64,000 nt of DNA from Cycas panzhihuaensis (Eukaryota; Plantae; Cycadophyta), in assembly GCA_023213395.1 (NCBI GenBank), contig CM041465.1, positions 191,401,741 through 191,465,740 of the forward strand, in the 5' to 3' direction. The notes under the pieces are model-generated. The model had not been told where the DNA came from. It did not search any database and saw only the letters and a program-made list of their open reading frames with translations. The translations under genes were made by a program, and so were the position numbers. Below are positions 12,742-26,555 of the stretch, in pieces. Position 1 is the stretch's first letter, and every line of letters starts with the position of its first letter.

Positions 12742-15700
12742 TGTGACGTTCTTAAATTATGAAAAAGTTGGTGAAATTTATTTTTAGGAAGATAAAAGGA
12801 AGAATTATTTAATGTATATTTCTTATGAAGTCGATACTTTTAGCAGAGATAGTCATTGCATCCCTGAATTAGATGAAGTCAATATTTCGAGGAGACAGAA
12901 TAAGAAGTTAGGTTTAAAGAGAAAAAATAAGGCTATAAATAGAGGAGCCTCATTCATTTGTAAATCATCTTTAAAGAATTTGATATTTTGGATTTGGAAT
13001 AATGGCCTAGGGCTATTAGGGCACTGTGTGCCATTTTGGCAAGAAACCCTTACCTCAAAGAGGGCAAGATACTACTGTTATTTTATCTAGGATTTACTAT
13101 TTATGGTGGCCAATTTGATATGAACCTAATATTATTATGTGGTCGTCTATTATATCTAAATTACTATGGATATATGTTGTTATTTATAATGAGATGTTGT
13201 TTTTATAAATTATCTATGGTATGAATGCTATATTTTCTACTTATAAATAGTGGGCATTACCACAAGTGGTATCACAACTTCGTTTTTTGGAGTATAAATG
13301 AAAGAATTTTGGAAAAATAGCCAATAAATTTGAGTCGAACATGCTTGTTTTGCAAATTTTGAGTGATTATACCATAGGTTTTGAAGCAAAATTGCAAAAA
13401 TTGTAAGGAATTTATTTTCGACCTAATGTCCATCTTTATTTCTAAGGCCTAAAATATGCTACTATAAATTCAAATGGTCATAACTTTTGCTATAGGTGTT
13501 TGATTGATCTCATTCTTTTTCTTTGAATCTATGCATCTCAATGTTTACTTTCTATTGGAAGCGATTTCAGATCCATCGAATATTAGAGTAAAAAGTTATC
13601 AACATTTTAGTAATAGGTACTAATGTAGTCCCCAAAAACCCTAATTGTGACCTACATTAAAAGGGCCATAACAATTGCTATTGGTATCCAAACAACTTCA
13701 ATTTTTTTTGAATTAGTGTGGCTTGAAGCATAGATTACTCAAAAGAAAAAAAAAATCAATTTGGAGATCTAGTTCAAAAATTATTTCTATTTTAGTTGAG
13801 AGTATCATTACTGCCCTAAAATTTAGATTTTTTTATCTGACTTGCCAGGACCACTATAGGAGCTACAAAGCTCCAATTCACCTCAAACCAAGCCAATTAG
13901 AGGCGTGTTGAAGTCTTGTCCACCCAAATAGAGGAATCACCCAATTTGGGTCAGTGGACAAACAAGTTGCATCATTTTTTTTGGGTTTTCAGAGGGTATA
14001 CTTGGACATTTTTGTCCATAACTCCTGTTACAGGTATCAGATTTCAATTTTGTCTAAACGGTTGGAATCTTGGTTCAAAGACAATCAGTTTGAATGGTTG
14101 CAAGGTATAGTTTTGATCAATCCTTGATGTAGATTTTAATCCATGAAGTTGTAATCTTTTATTGAAAAGAATAAAAATGACAGCTTGGTTAAAAGGAATA
14201 TCTTTGGCAAAATTAGAGGAGTTACTAAAGCAGATGCAACAAAATGCATACTTAATACAAAAAATTCAAAGTATTCAATCATTCTCCCCAAGGGAAGGCA
14301 TAATAGCTACAAAATGGCTTTAACATATCAACACGTATTGTGGACTCACACTAAATACAAAATTTGAGGATTATGGACCAAGTATTCAATACTGCTTAAG
14401 GGGGAAGTTTATTGATGGTATGAAGGTTTGTCTAAAAAAACAAACATCTTTAATAAATGGTATTGGTTTAAAAGAGATTTTAGAATAGCATCTATCAAAC
14501 AGAATCAAGACAAAGAAATGAGCCCAACTTAGGACAATGATGTCAATGAAAACCCAAAAGAAATTTATCACAAGGAAGTAGCCAAACAATAAAAGCAATT
14601 AGACAAAGGGACCATAAAGGAGGAAGAACCAATCGTTGATAAAGGGATCTAGGAAACACCACAATAGCATCAAGGAGAATCAATTCAGAAGCAACAACAC
14701 AACAAGATTGAAGACACAAAGTAGGGGAAGACTAAGCATCTTGTAGAAGAATCTAACCAAGTATTGGCTAAAACAGAGCACTACAACGAAAAACTTATGT
14801 AGGAGCAACATGATGGAGCTAATGAGCAATCAAAAAGTACATACTGAAGATACAAGGATGTCAAGAAGAGCCTAAACAGGTTGCAAAAGAAGTCGAGCAA
14901 CCAAGTGAATCCCACAATGTACTTGATCTTGTTTTGCACATGCACATTTTCTTTGATAGTTTTATCTACCCCCTTCTTTTCCATCCTCAATAGTTGTACA
15001 GAAATCATCTCCCCCTTACTCCATTGATGTCCAAACTCTTAAGCTTCTTAATTCCAATGTTTTTGTAAGACAAATTTTAGTCCCTTTTCACAACCATAAC
15101 TCATCCCACCTTTCACATGTTTCTCCACCCCCTATAGAATCTCCTCAACAACATGTTCTATACCCTCCATCCTACCTTTATCACATTTCACTTCCTAGTA
15201 CAATCATCGCCTCCTATAAAACATCAGCATCCCTATCCCAACCTTCTACACCTCAATATAACCCATACTGCCTTTTCCATTAATCCCCCCATCTAACCTG
15301 CCCCCCTTCTTTGAACCTCTATGTAAACCTCTTTCCCATAAAGAGCATCTATCACTAATTATGCATCCCTTTTATTTCCCTAAGGTCCCTAATTATCCAA
15401 CCAAACCTATCTTGATTTAAACCCTTTTCTAAATCAATTCTCAAACTCCAAGTACTCCTCACCATCTAGTTCACTTCTCCAAGTTTCTCAAACGTATAAA
15501 TTTATCATTAATCACCTAATGGAACCCCACTTCTCCCACTCTTTCTTGTGTCATGCAATCACCTATAGACAATCCTTATGATCATTTTTTTCCAAACTCC
15601 TAAAACTACATCATATCTTTCGGCACAAAATTTCCCAGTATTCTCACCTCTCATTCCATGAGCCATGGCATTTGAGGACAAAATGTAAAACACAAAATAA

Positions 15701-16053
15701 GATCAAGGCCAAGCATCAAAGGCGCCACATAGGTCCCAAAATCACTTTAATACAAGACAAGCTCCAACATGTACCTAGTCCAAATAATAAGCGTCTACAA
15801 ATTCAAGTCAGTCATCAGCAATTTCCAACTGAAGTCACAAGACTGGACCCAATTTTTATGACATACAAGATTTGGCAGATGACAATTGGAATCATTGGTC
15901 AAAGCTGGACCAAACAAGCTCTACACACAACTACCCATACTTTGAGGGCGAAGTATTTCAAGGAAGGGAGAGTTGTTACGTTCCAAAATTTTGAAGTTAG
16001 GGAAGTTTTTTATGTAAGACAAAGGAAGAATTATTTAATGTATATTTATTATG
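12742..16053 (+). mobile_element. Non-autonomous Ty3/gypsy derivative (5' LTR 12742-13264, PBS, degenerate gag, no pol core, PPT, truncated 3' LTR 15974-16053)
   Basis: TG start repeated at 12742 (tgtgacgttc) and 15974 (tgttacgttc), both followed by aaaggaagaattatttaatgtatattt; PBS tggtatca 13267-13274; PPT aggaagggagag 15961-15972; gag-like LKGEVY*WY...WFKRDF at ~14395-14480; pol-end-like YPYFEGEVFQG just before the PPT. Confidence 0.75.
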
Positions 16054-16325
16054 TGTTAATTCATCATACATGGATTCTACTAGAAAGAGAGAACAATATT
16101 TTCACATGATAACATCAACACAACAATATTATATGTACAATATTTTACATCAACAGTAATTACAAGATGTCTGCAACTCGGTATCTTCTATTATGTCAAA
16201 ACTAATTACAATAACAAGATCATGTACAACGAAACGAGATACACTCATACCATGCTAGCCTTACACCACCCACTAGTGTTAGAATGCACAACATCGCATG
16301 CCACCCCCCCAATCTACTTTTATTT

Positions 16326-16366
<41 letters not shown>

Positions 16367-16384
16367 ATAGATACATACATACAT

Positions 16385-16443
<59 letters not shown>
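16326..16443. repeat. Compound microsatellite (TA)n(TG)n(TACA)n(TA)n
   Basis: Directly visible. Confidence 0.98.
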
Positions 16444-16445
<2 letters not shown>

Positions 16446-16449
16446 CCTT

Positions 16450-16752
16450 GGAAACATTGTGTTGTAATGGCTTCCAACTACATGACTCAACTAATCCCTT
16501 TTTTGTTAACATAACATCTAATTATAACAAAATATGCCAAACATCTATCCTCCCTTTTTTAAAGCTTGAAGCATCTTGCTCATAAGGTGAGCCTAGTTCT
16601 GGGGAAATGTTGTGTTGTAATGGCTTCCAACTACTTGACTCAACTAATCCCTTTTTGTTAACATAGCATTTGATTATAACAAAATGTACCAAACATCTAT
16701 CCTCCGTTTTTTAAGCTCGAAGCATCTTGCTCAAAAGGTGAGCCTAGTTCTG
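16450..16752. repeat. Diverged tandem duplication, period ~153 bp
   Basis: ggaaa..ttgtgttgtaatggcttccaactac...aaggtgagcctagttctg starts at 16450 and again at 16603. Confidence 0.9.
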
Positions 16753-19700
16753 AAATCGAGGGTGCTTTTGAATGTGAAAGGTCCAATCCTGCTTTTCATC
16801 ATCATTTACTTTTCACTGCCATTTGCTTTTCACTTGGTATTAATTCCCTTCTCAATCTCTTGTAAGGCCTTTTCAAAATGAATATCATCTATATAACCCT
16901 GGATTAATTCCTCGATCCAGCCTAGAGTTATCGCTGTAATGTTCTTTAAAGAAACTAGTTTGTCCTCTTGAATTTCTACCAATAATCTAGACAGCATGTT
17001 TGTTATGATATTTTCTCTTCCCTTTTTATAGACCATCAAGAAATCAAAGGCTTGCAATCTACTTACCCATTTCTGTTGTTTGTCTGTCAAGGACACTTGA
17101 TTAGGGAAGTAGTTCATTCGTTTTAACAATGAACTTATTTCCTAACAAGTATTGATGCCATTAGTGGATGGCGTGCACAATGGCCAACATTTCTTCATCA
17201 TATATAAGTTTGAAGCGTTACCGATCATAGAGCTTTTGGCTCTCGTACGCAATTAGCCTTTGTTCTTGCAAAAGTACCACCCCTATACCAAAACATGATG
17301 CATCACATTTGATAGTGAATGGTTTTGTGAAATCGAGCATCGTTAAGACTGAAACTAAGGTCATATCTACTTTTAATTGTTGAAAAGTGCTTTCAACCAT
17401 TTGTGCCCACTTAAATGCATCTTTCTTAGTCAAATCTATTAAGGGAGCGACTATGTGAGCATAACTCTTAATAAACTTGCATACTAATCTTGTAGCTCCC
17501 AAAATCCACATACTCCTGACACATTTTTTGGTGTTGGCCAATTGACAATTGCTTCAATCTTCTTTGGATCAATTCATACCCCTTCTAAAGTGATGATATG
17601 GCCCAACTATTCTAACTCGGTTTGGCCAAATGAACATTTGTTCTTGTTGGAAAAAAGTTGTTGATCCTTTATAAGTTGAAGAATAATATGAATATGCTTT
17701 ATGTGCTCCTACCAAGTTTGGCTATAAATTAAGATATCATCAAAGAAAACCAAACAAACTTTTATATGTATGGCTTTAGAATTTATCATGCTTTGAAAGG
17801 TCATTGGAGTAATTGTCAACCCAAATGGCATAACTCGAAACTCGAACAATCCTTCATGCGTACAAAATGTCGTTTTGTGAGTGTCTTCAATCTTAATGCG
17901 AATTTAATAATAGCCAAACCACAAGTCAATCTTATAGTACCTAACCCAATGTAATTCATCTAGAAGGTCGTCAATACGCTGAATTGGGTATCTGTTCTTG
18001 ATGATTATTTTATGATGGGCTTGATAGTCACCGCACACTCGATATGATCCACCCTTCTTCCTAGAGAGTATGACCAGTGAGGCGAACAGACTAATGTTGT
18101 GAGTGATGATATCCTATTGTAAGAGCTCATGTGTAATGCGTTCAATCTCTCATTTAAAGTGAAACGAGTGGCAATAAGGCCTAATGTTCACTGGGGCTAA
18201 TTGTGGAGCCAACTCAATGGCATGTTCACACCCATGACTTTGACGTAGCTGGGGAGGGAGCTCCTCAAACACCCTACTATGCTGATCAATAAGGGTTTGA
18301 ATCTCTGATGGGACTTCTTCAGCAATTATCTTGTAACAAGAAAGCAAGAAAGAAGTAGGATTCTTCTGAAGTATTTTCTCCATTCATTGTGATGACAACA
18401 TTTGTATAGGAGGTACCTTCGGAGCTTGTAGCTTGTTTTCGCCTCTTTTGGTTAAAGCATTTGGTGAAAGCACATGAAACGTGTTCCATAGTTAGTAACA
18501 ATGTTACCTAGGGTTTGCAACCATTGGACTCCTAAAACCACGTCGACCCCTCCAATTGACATGGCAAACATACCATGTCGTAGTTGAGTAATCAGCAATT
18601 TGTAGATTTACCTACAGAAAATATCCACCACAAGGCATGGTTTTCCCATTTGCAATAGCCAACTGGAATACATTAAGTGGCTTAACTAGAAGCCCTAGCT
18701 TAGTTGTCATAGGTTGATTTAAGTTATAAGTACTTCCACTTTCTACCAAGATCGAAACGTGTGCATTTTTAATCCTCCCTGCGAATCGTAAGCTCTAGGG
18801 TGCATGTACTTCCTCAATAATTGCCTAGAGAAATACCTGAACATTATCTAGATCGATATTGAGGAGCTCATCTAATTCAACTTCCTCTTCATTGCCCACA
18901 GCTACTTCTTCTACAATTTCTTCATCAACTTCTTCAAGAACAATTTCTTCTTCATTGCTAATCATAAACATCTTCTTGGGTGGACATTTATGATTCCTAT
19001 TGTATTTCCCACCGCAACGGAAACAAGTTCCATTTCTAATATGTTCAGCCCTTGATAATTGCTCTTCCCTTTTTTCAGTCGTAGGAGCCCCTGCTTTAGT
19101 CCCAGATTATGTCCAATTCGATACGAACTATTGATCGGGTTGTCTCAGAAAATCAACTCAGCGAGTAAAGCTTTGCATGTTCTCTCTAAATTCTACCTCA
19201 ATATTCCTTGCATGGCAAATGGCATCGCTAAGAAAGCTTACATCTAAAGTCCTCGAGTAATATTTGATATTCCCTTAAGCCCTGCAACGTAGACCTCTAC
19301 TAATTGCTATTTGTTGATATTAGGTTTTGCCAAGCTATGCAAAACTTGAAATTGTTTTGTATAAGCTTGCTCTATTCCAATATGTTGTAACCTAGTGACT
19401 TGGGCAAAATAATATGTTATTGTCATGTCCTTTTATTATTCAATTAAAGACCTTTTTAAGAAAATCAAAGTACAATAGGTTGTCCCTTCATAGAATCTTT
19501 ACCACCAATGGTAATATTGTAACGCTTTTCCATAAAAATGTAGAGCGACTACCACTAGTTTCTCCTTATTGGTCAAGGAAATCGTCTTGAAGTATACTTC
19601 CATTTGTAAAATCCAACTACGTATGTCCTTGGATTTCTCTAGATCGAATTTTTCAATAGGAATTTTGTCCCCTTGAGGCTTGGACCTGCTTGATCATCTA

Positions 19701-20523
19701 CATTGTTGACTTCTTCCCCAATCTCTTCCTCTTCTTTTAAGTGTTTCTGAGGGCCAAAATCCTTTCGTCGAGCTGAAGGAATATTTGATATCTTTTCGAT
19801 ATCTGCTTTTAAATCCTTGAACTAGTTTTGAAGCAGGGCTACATTGTCGTTAACTTGATCCACTCGTCTAGACACCTTTGCAACTGATTCGGAGGTCTGA
19901 AGCACCATTTTGCTATAAGTGGTGGTCTTCCCTAATCTTAATTCTTTTATAAGGGGAAAAAAAATTATGCCCCTTTTTCGAGTGGAAACTTCCCTAAACC
20001 CCACTTCCAAATGAAGGTTTGATACCACTTATAGTGATAATTAAGGAAGGGTTGAAAATTAGTGCACAATCCTTCTAAAAATACTTATGTTGAACCAAAA
20101 TATCAACCTTCTAAGCACAGATTGCAATCGCAAATAAGTTAAAAACAACAGTCTAGAATTGGATAATGATAAAGCTAAATATCATATAAATTGTCGAACA
20201 AATTATGGATATAATAATGGTCAAAATAATCAAGTGATGAAGTTGAAATAGGATCCCTCTTCGAGGCAAGGTGCCCTCCAAAAATACAACCCAAGAGCCG
20301 AAAATTATAGCAAGGAGAATAGCTTGAATGATGCCCCTAAAGGCACCCAACAACTTGCGTAAATAGTCCTTCAACTAACTCCTAAATTGGTCAACTAAAA
20401 CACTAATGAAGTCAATCAAAAAAAGTACTAAGTCGACCACAACAACTAGGAAGAACTTAAGCAAAATATATTTTATTCAAATCGAATGTTTCCAACCAAG
20501 ACGGCCAATTGAGGGCTTGCTCC
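16753..20523 (-). mobile_element. Decayed Ty3/gypsy element, 5' part (LTR remnant ~20030-20523, PBS, gag, protease, RT, RNase H; truncated before integrase core)
   Basis: PBS tgatacca at 20020-20027; knuckle CFRCGGKY..NHKC at ~18985-19027; protease SILVESGSTYN ~18760; PVNIRPY; RT FFDDILIY ~17740; RNase H FTIKCDASCFGIGVVL (ORF 17218-17541); KWVSRLQAFDF..YKKG (ORF 16830-17129). Confidence 0.9.
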
Positions 20524-21235
20524 AATTCTCCTCGAGCAAAAAGCAAAAGCTCTTTTTTGCTTTTTGGCACAACTTTTTAGCATAGCCTTTTAGCTTGACT
20601 TTTTGGCACAATTTTGGAGTAGGTGTTTTTCTTGTATAAGTTTGATCAAGTTGTTGTATCCATGATATGAACAAAAAAAGAGGGTATACTTCTAATCTTG
20701 TTGTTAATAAAGGAGAGTCCTTTGCCCAATGTTTTTTTTACCTTAGCACTCTACCAAAATTTTCCACATAAAAATATCTAAGTTGTTCTCTTGTACTCTC
20801 TCTTGGCTTTATTGCTTGTTAGTGTTTGTGCATTATTATTTTTCTCTTACAGTTAATATCACAATCGAGGGTTTATTTCTCTAGCAGCAGTGCACACGAT
20901 AGCAAGAAGCTAAAAAAATGAGTATGACCAGATTTGAGATAGAGAAGTTTGATGGGTCAAACTTTGCTCATGGAAATTGAGGATCCAAGCAATGTTGGTT
21001 AAAGATGGTTGTGCACTAGCCCTTAACGGTGTGACAGCCAAACCAACAACAATGTCTATAGAAGACTAGGACGTTATGGATGCGAAAGCTAAGGCAGATA
21101 TTCATCTATCCCTAGCCAATTCAATTCTATTCAATATAGGGGAGACAACAACGAAGGGGCTTTGGGATAAACTCAACAAGTTGTATGAAACGAAATCAGT
21201 ATCAAACAAGATTTTTCTACGGAGATAGTTGTACA

Positions 21236-24200
21236 TGTTAAGATGTAATGTTTTATCACTAGGACAATTGAGGGTAATATATCAAAACCCCTCTTTATGT
21301 AATCAAGACAAGTGTCCGACACATGTCATTCAGACACAGCAATTACAATTCCTTGATGTATATTTAAGAGAGATTTACTCTCCCATAATATAGCATTCAA
21401 TTTCACCCATTTGTATGTGAATTTTAACATGGCATCAAAGCAAAGCACAGTGCTCTCCTAGTAAAGTTCTAAGATGAAAATTGTTGCCAAGAAGCAAGAA
21501 GGAATTGAGGAAGATTTAATCAATAGGCAACTTGACAAAATCATTAATTTGTTCATGTGAGACAAAGATAGACCTATATAGGGATGCACTGCATGCACGC
21601 AGTAATGTATATGTACAGATGTGAGTTTTCAAAGTCATTAGATCTCCTCCGAAATTCACCAGCAAGGACGTCTTTGTGAGGCCATCATTTCTTCTAATTG
21701 AGTCAAAGTCGTTTGAAGGCATTTCCAGGGTCAAATCACCTCGCCTTTACCCCACGCAAGTTTGAAAACACGATTATTGTTTCTAATCAAAAATATCTCT
21801 GAAACCGAGTAACATCAGTTGCATTTTCTTCTAATCATCAATACGCACCCATTGATTCCTATTTCGAGGAGATTAATTGAGAATGTCTCAACATATAAGC
21901 ATTTTTTGAAAAAAACCTAACTGCCCATTCTATCATTCCTGAGGTTGTTTGCATTCAAACAAACTAAAATCTCTCTAAAATATATACATATTTGGAATCC
22001 TTGTGAAAAGACCTTCATTTTGAGATACTCTTTTTTGTCATCCATGTACTTGCAATTCCATACGAAATTCCATACAGTAGGACAATCAAACCCTATAGTT
22101 GCCTGATACTTCTGAAAAAAATGGCCCCTTCCATTTTAACATTCAGTGAGCAGGATAAATTGACAGAGACTAATTATTATGTGTGGAAAATTAACGTTGA
22201 AACCCTGTTGAGAGCTAGAAATGCCTGGAATATAGCCACATAGGTAGAAAAAAGACCTAATGACGCAAGTGTTGCCCAGACTAGTTGGGATGAAAGGGAT
22301 AATGCAAGAGTGATAATATTAAAATTGTCTGTCTCTACTCTTCTCCTTGTATACGTTGAAAAGTTAAATTCATTTGTTAAAATCCGGAAGGTATTTGCAA
22401 ATCTGTATAATCAAAAAAATCGAGCTAGGATCGTGGTCCTTAAGAAAGAGTTGTTCAAATTGCATATGAAAGAAAATGAAAGTATTTCAAAATTTATTCA
22501 CAAGTTGACCTCAATTAGAAACGATCAATTAAGTGTTGGGGCAACTATGCCAAACCAAGAACTTATCTTGCCAAATCTTTTAACAACATGGTTAATTTAA
22601 TAACAAATAATGATCAAATTGCAACAATGTCGCTTGACACCTTGATAGAATTGCTTTTAAGACAAGAACAAAGGAACAAACATTATGAAGAGAGAACATA
22701 GCTAGAAGATGCATTCTTATCCGAATTCAATTTGGGACCAAGAAGAAGAGGATAGACATAAGGACGTGGTCAAGCACCCGACACAAGAGGCCAAGTCAGA
22801 GGAAAATGGTAGGAGAACAGAGGCCTAGGACACTCAAATCCTCCCAAGGATGCATGAGTCTGTTTCAATTGCCGAAAACCAAGTCACTTTTCTAGCAATT
22901 ACTAAGCTATGGATGTTTGCTATCATTGCGGATAATCTAGGCATTATATTTACCAATGCTCATAAATGAGAGCCGAGATTCAGAGAGAGAAACGACCAGC
23001 AATTAATTACAACAAAGAACAAATCAATCCTGATGAAACAACATTTATAATCGCACTCATTGCAAGTCTTGAGGATAAAGAAGTATGGCACCCCGATTCT
23101 AGAGCTTCCAGGCACATGGTCTCATAAATGAGAGCCGAGATTCAGAGAGAGAAACGACCAGCAATTAATTACAACAAAGAACAAATCAATCCTGATGAAA
23201 CAACATTTATAATCGCACTCATTGCAAGTCTTGAGGATAAAGAAGTATGGCACCCCTATTCTAGAGCTTCCAGGCACATGGTCGGGTGTGAATACTGATT
23301 TGAATCACTCAAACCTTATTCTTCTAACAAATTAGTTGAGTTAGGAGATAAGTATCCTCTCAACATCAAAGGGGTTGGAATTGTAGTTGTTGAAATAAAA
23401 GGTACCATTCAAAAAAATGAGAATGTATTATTTATACCAAAATTAAAAAAGAATCTCATGTTTGTCTCTCAACTTTGAAAGAAAAAGTTGATGACTATTT
23501 TTAATGAAAAAGGTTATTGTTATGTTTTGAATATGAAAATTGGCGGCGTTGTAATTGCTAAGGGAATTGAAAGCAATGATCTGTACAAACTACTTTCTAA
23601 CCATGTTGTTGCAGATAAGGATGTAAAAGCATATGTTGCTATAAATGTTGATAATAACAAACTCTAGCATTTAAAGTATGGACACATCTCCTCAGATAGA
23701 TTGGAATTATTACATAACTCAAGAATTGTTATTGAACTTCCCAATGTTGGATTTCATCTTCTTGTTTGCAAAAGTTGTCTGCTTGGTAAACAACATCGTT
23801 TTCCTTTTCAAAAAGGTGAGTGACGAGCTAAAATAAATTAGAATTGACTCACACTGATCTATGTGGACCAATCACTCCATGTTCAATAAATGGTGTCAGA
23901 TATTTCTTTACTTTTATTGATGATTTTTATAGGAAAGTATGGCTTTAGTTACTCTACAGTAAATCTAAAGTCTCAGAAAAATTCAAAGAATTCAAGGCAG
24001 AAGTTGAACTTGAATGTGGAACAAAAATAAAATGCATTAGATCTGATGGATGTGGAGAATACATCTCAAAAGAATTTGTGAATTTCTATAGAACTCATGG
24101 GATTCGTTGATAGCTCACAACTCCATATACACCTCAATCCAATGGAGTAGTTGAATGCAAAAATAAAACAATCATGGAGATGGCTCAAAACATGATTCAA

Positions 24201-26555
24201 GACAGGCAGATCTCAAAGACTTATTGGGTTGAAGCAATAAACACAATTGGTCACCTCATAAATCGAAGTCCAACACAAGCTTTAGATCAAATTACACCAG
24301 AAGAGACCCGGACAAGATGCAAACCAGATGTCAGTAACTTGAAAATTTTTGGATGCCAAGCCTTTGTTCGTATCCCACACAAAAAGAGATCTAAGCTTGA
24401 TTGTAAAAGCATAGAATGCATAATGATAGGCTCTAGCAAGAATTCAAAAGCGTATAAATGTATAGACCCAAAAACAAACAAGGTCTATATAGTAGTAGAG
24501 ATGTTATATCCAATGAAAAGGATATTGTAAAAAGCCCACCACAATATCAAGAGATTGAAGAGCCACCAAAGCAAATTCTTCCAAAAAAACCTCCATCTAA
24601 AGAAATCTCAACAATTACTTCAAAAGATAAAGAAATTAATGAAGCAAAAGAATCAAAGAGGGCACCCTCACCTCCTATAAACTCAAATGTTGAAGAAGAC
24701 AAGGAAAATGAAACAATGTCCAAAACGATACCAAAATGGTATTTCAAAACAATTGAAGAAAGCGAAGGAGATGTGTTCACACACAGAATGAGGAGCCAAA
24801 AGCATCCGACGCTATTCAGCTATGTAAAGCCACAATCTTATGAAAAAACAAGACAACACAAGAAATGGCAAGATGCAATGGGCATGGAAATGGAATCAAT
24901 CTCCAAAAACCAGACATGGGAACTAGTTAATCTTCCTACAAGTAAGCCTATTGTAAATTACAAATGGGTGTATAAGTTAAAAGAAAATTCTAATGGTGAA
25001 GTAGAGAAATATAAAGCTAGATTAGTGGCTAAGGGTTACACCCAGATAGCAAAAATAGATTATGAGGAAACCTTCTCACCAGTAGCCAAACTAAATACTG
25101 TGAGAATGCTAATAGCTCTCGTTGCATAGCATAATTGGAAAATCTATCAATTAGACATCAAAAGTACCTTCTTGAATAGAGACCTTGAAGAAGAAGTCTA
25201 TATGAGACAACCTCAAGGATACATTCAGAATGGGCAAGAAAAGCTTGTGTGTAAATTAAAAAAAGCATTATATGGATTGAAAATAAGCCCCAAGAGCTTG
25301 CTATGTCAAGTTGGACAAAGTTCTTACTCAATAGATTCCACAGTTGCGACTCAAATTCTAGTTTGTACGTAAAAAGGAGTCATAGGCTAATCACAATAAT
25401 TGTAGTCTACATAGATGACATGATCCTCACAGGAAGTGATACAGAGTCCATAACAAACATAAAGACACAACTAGAAAAAGGGTTTGAGATGACAAACCTA
25501 GGACTTCTAAATTACTATCTAGGTATAGAAGTCAATCAAAAAAAGGATTAAATCACTCTGTCTCAAAGTAAATACATCAAAAATTTGTTGACAAAATTTA
25601 AAAAGGATGAATGCAACAATTGAGCAACTCCCATGGAAATCAAATGTGATTTGCCTCCGTATGAATAAGAAGCTTCAATTAATGTAACATTGTATAGACA
25701 ATTAATTGGGAGTCTGATATATCTCATTGCAACTAAACCTGATATATCATACTTTGTTGGTCTAGCCTCTAGATATATGCAGGATCCAAAACTAACTCAT
25801 TGAAAAGTTTCAAAAATAATACTCAAATACTTGAAAGGAATAGCTAACCTAATACTCACTTATCTAAGAAATAAGTCAAGTCAATTGATTGGATTTTGCA
25901 ATTCAAATTGGACAGGAGATAAAGAAAATAGGAAATCAACAAGTGGATATTGTTTTTTCTTAGACCAACAACAATCTCATGGAGCAACAAACGACAACCA
26001 ACAATTGCTCTATCATCCACATAAGCAAAATATAAGTCAACAATCAGCGCCTCATGTGAAGCAACCTAGTTGAGGCAACTTCTATCAAATTTAGATCAAC
26101 AGCAACAAGGATCAACAACAATTCTCTACAACAATCAAAGTGCAATTAAGTTGACTAAAAATCTAGTCCTTCATGCTCGAGCAAAGCACATTGAAGTGCA
26201 CCATCATTTCATAAGGGAAAAGGTGCAAAACAAAGAAATTAATTTGACATATTGTTCAACAAATGAACAGGCTGTAGATATTATGACAAAACCACTCGAT
26301 AAGGATAAGTTTCAATTTTTTTGAGATAATTTAGGATTGATAAAACATTAAGAGAGGGCATTAAGATGTAATGTTTTATCACTAGGACACCTTGAGGGTA
26401 ATGTATCAAAAACCCTCTTTATGTAATCAAGACAAGTGTCCGACACATGCCATTTAGACATATAGCGATTACAATTCCTTGATGTATATATAAGAGAGAT
26501 GTACTCTCCCATAATAAAACTTTCAGTTTCACCCATTCGTGTGTGAATCTTAACA
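21236..26555 (+). mobile_element. Nested full-length decayed Ty1/copia element with short (~195 bp) LTRs
   Basis: LTRs 21236-21429 and 26359-26555; PBS tggcatcaaagc 21430-21441; PPT aagagaggg 26350-26358; TSD gtaca (21231-35)/atata (26556-60). Removing it restores host gag LY-NPRMK. Contains gag, two CCHC knuckles, protease, integrase, RT KWVYK..KYKARLVAKGY and RNase H HARAKHIEVHHHFIRE. Confidence 0.95.
22959..23282 (+). repeat. Near-perfect 162-bp tandem duplication spanning the protease active-site codons
   Basis: Copies at 22959-23120 and 23121-23282; one difference seen (ccccgatt vs cccctatt). Confidence 0.95.

Noticed and set aside
16054-16265. Possible additional short LTR (TG...ccttaCA followed by a C-rich run)
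   Set aside because: No second copy, PBS or TSD found; left unassigned.
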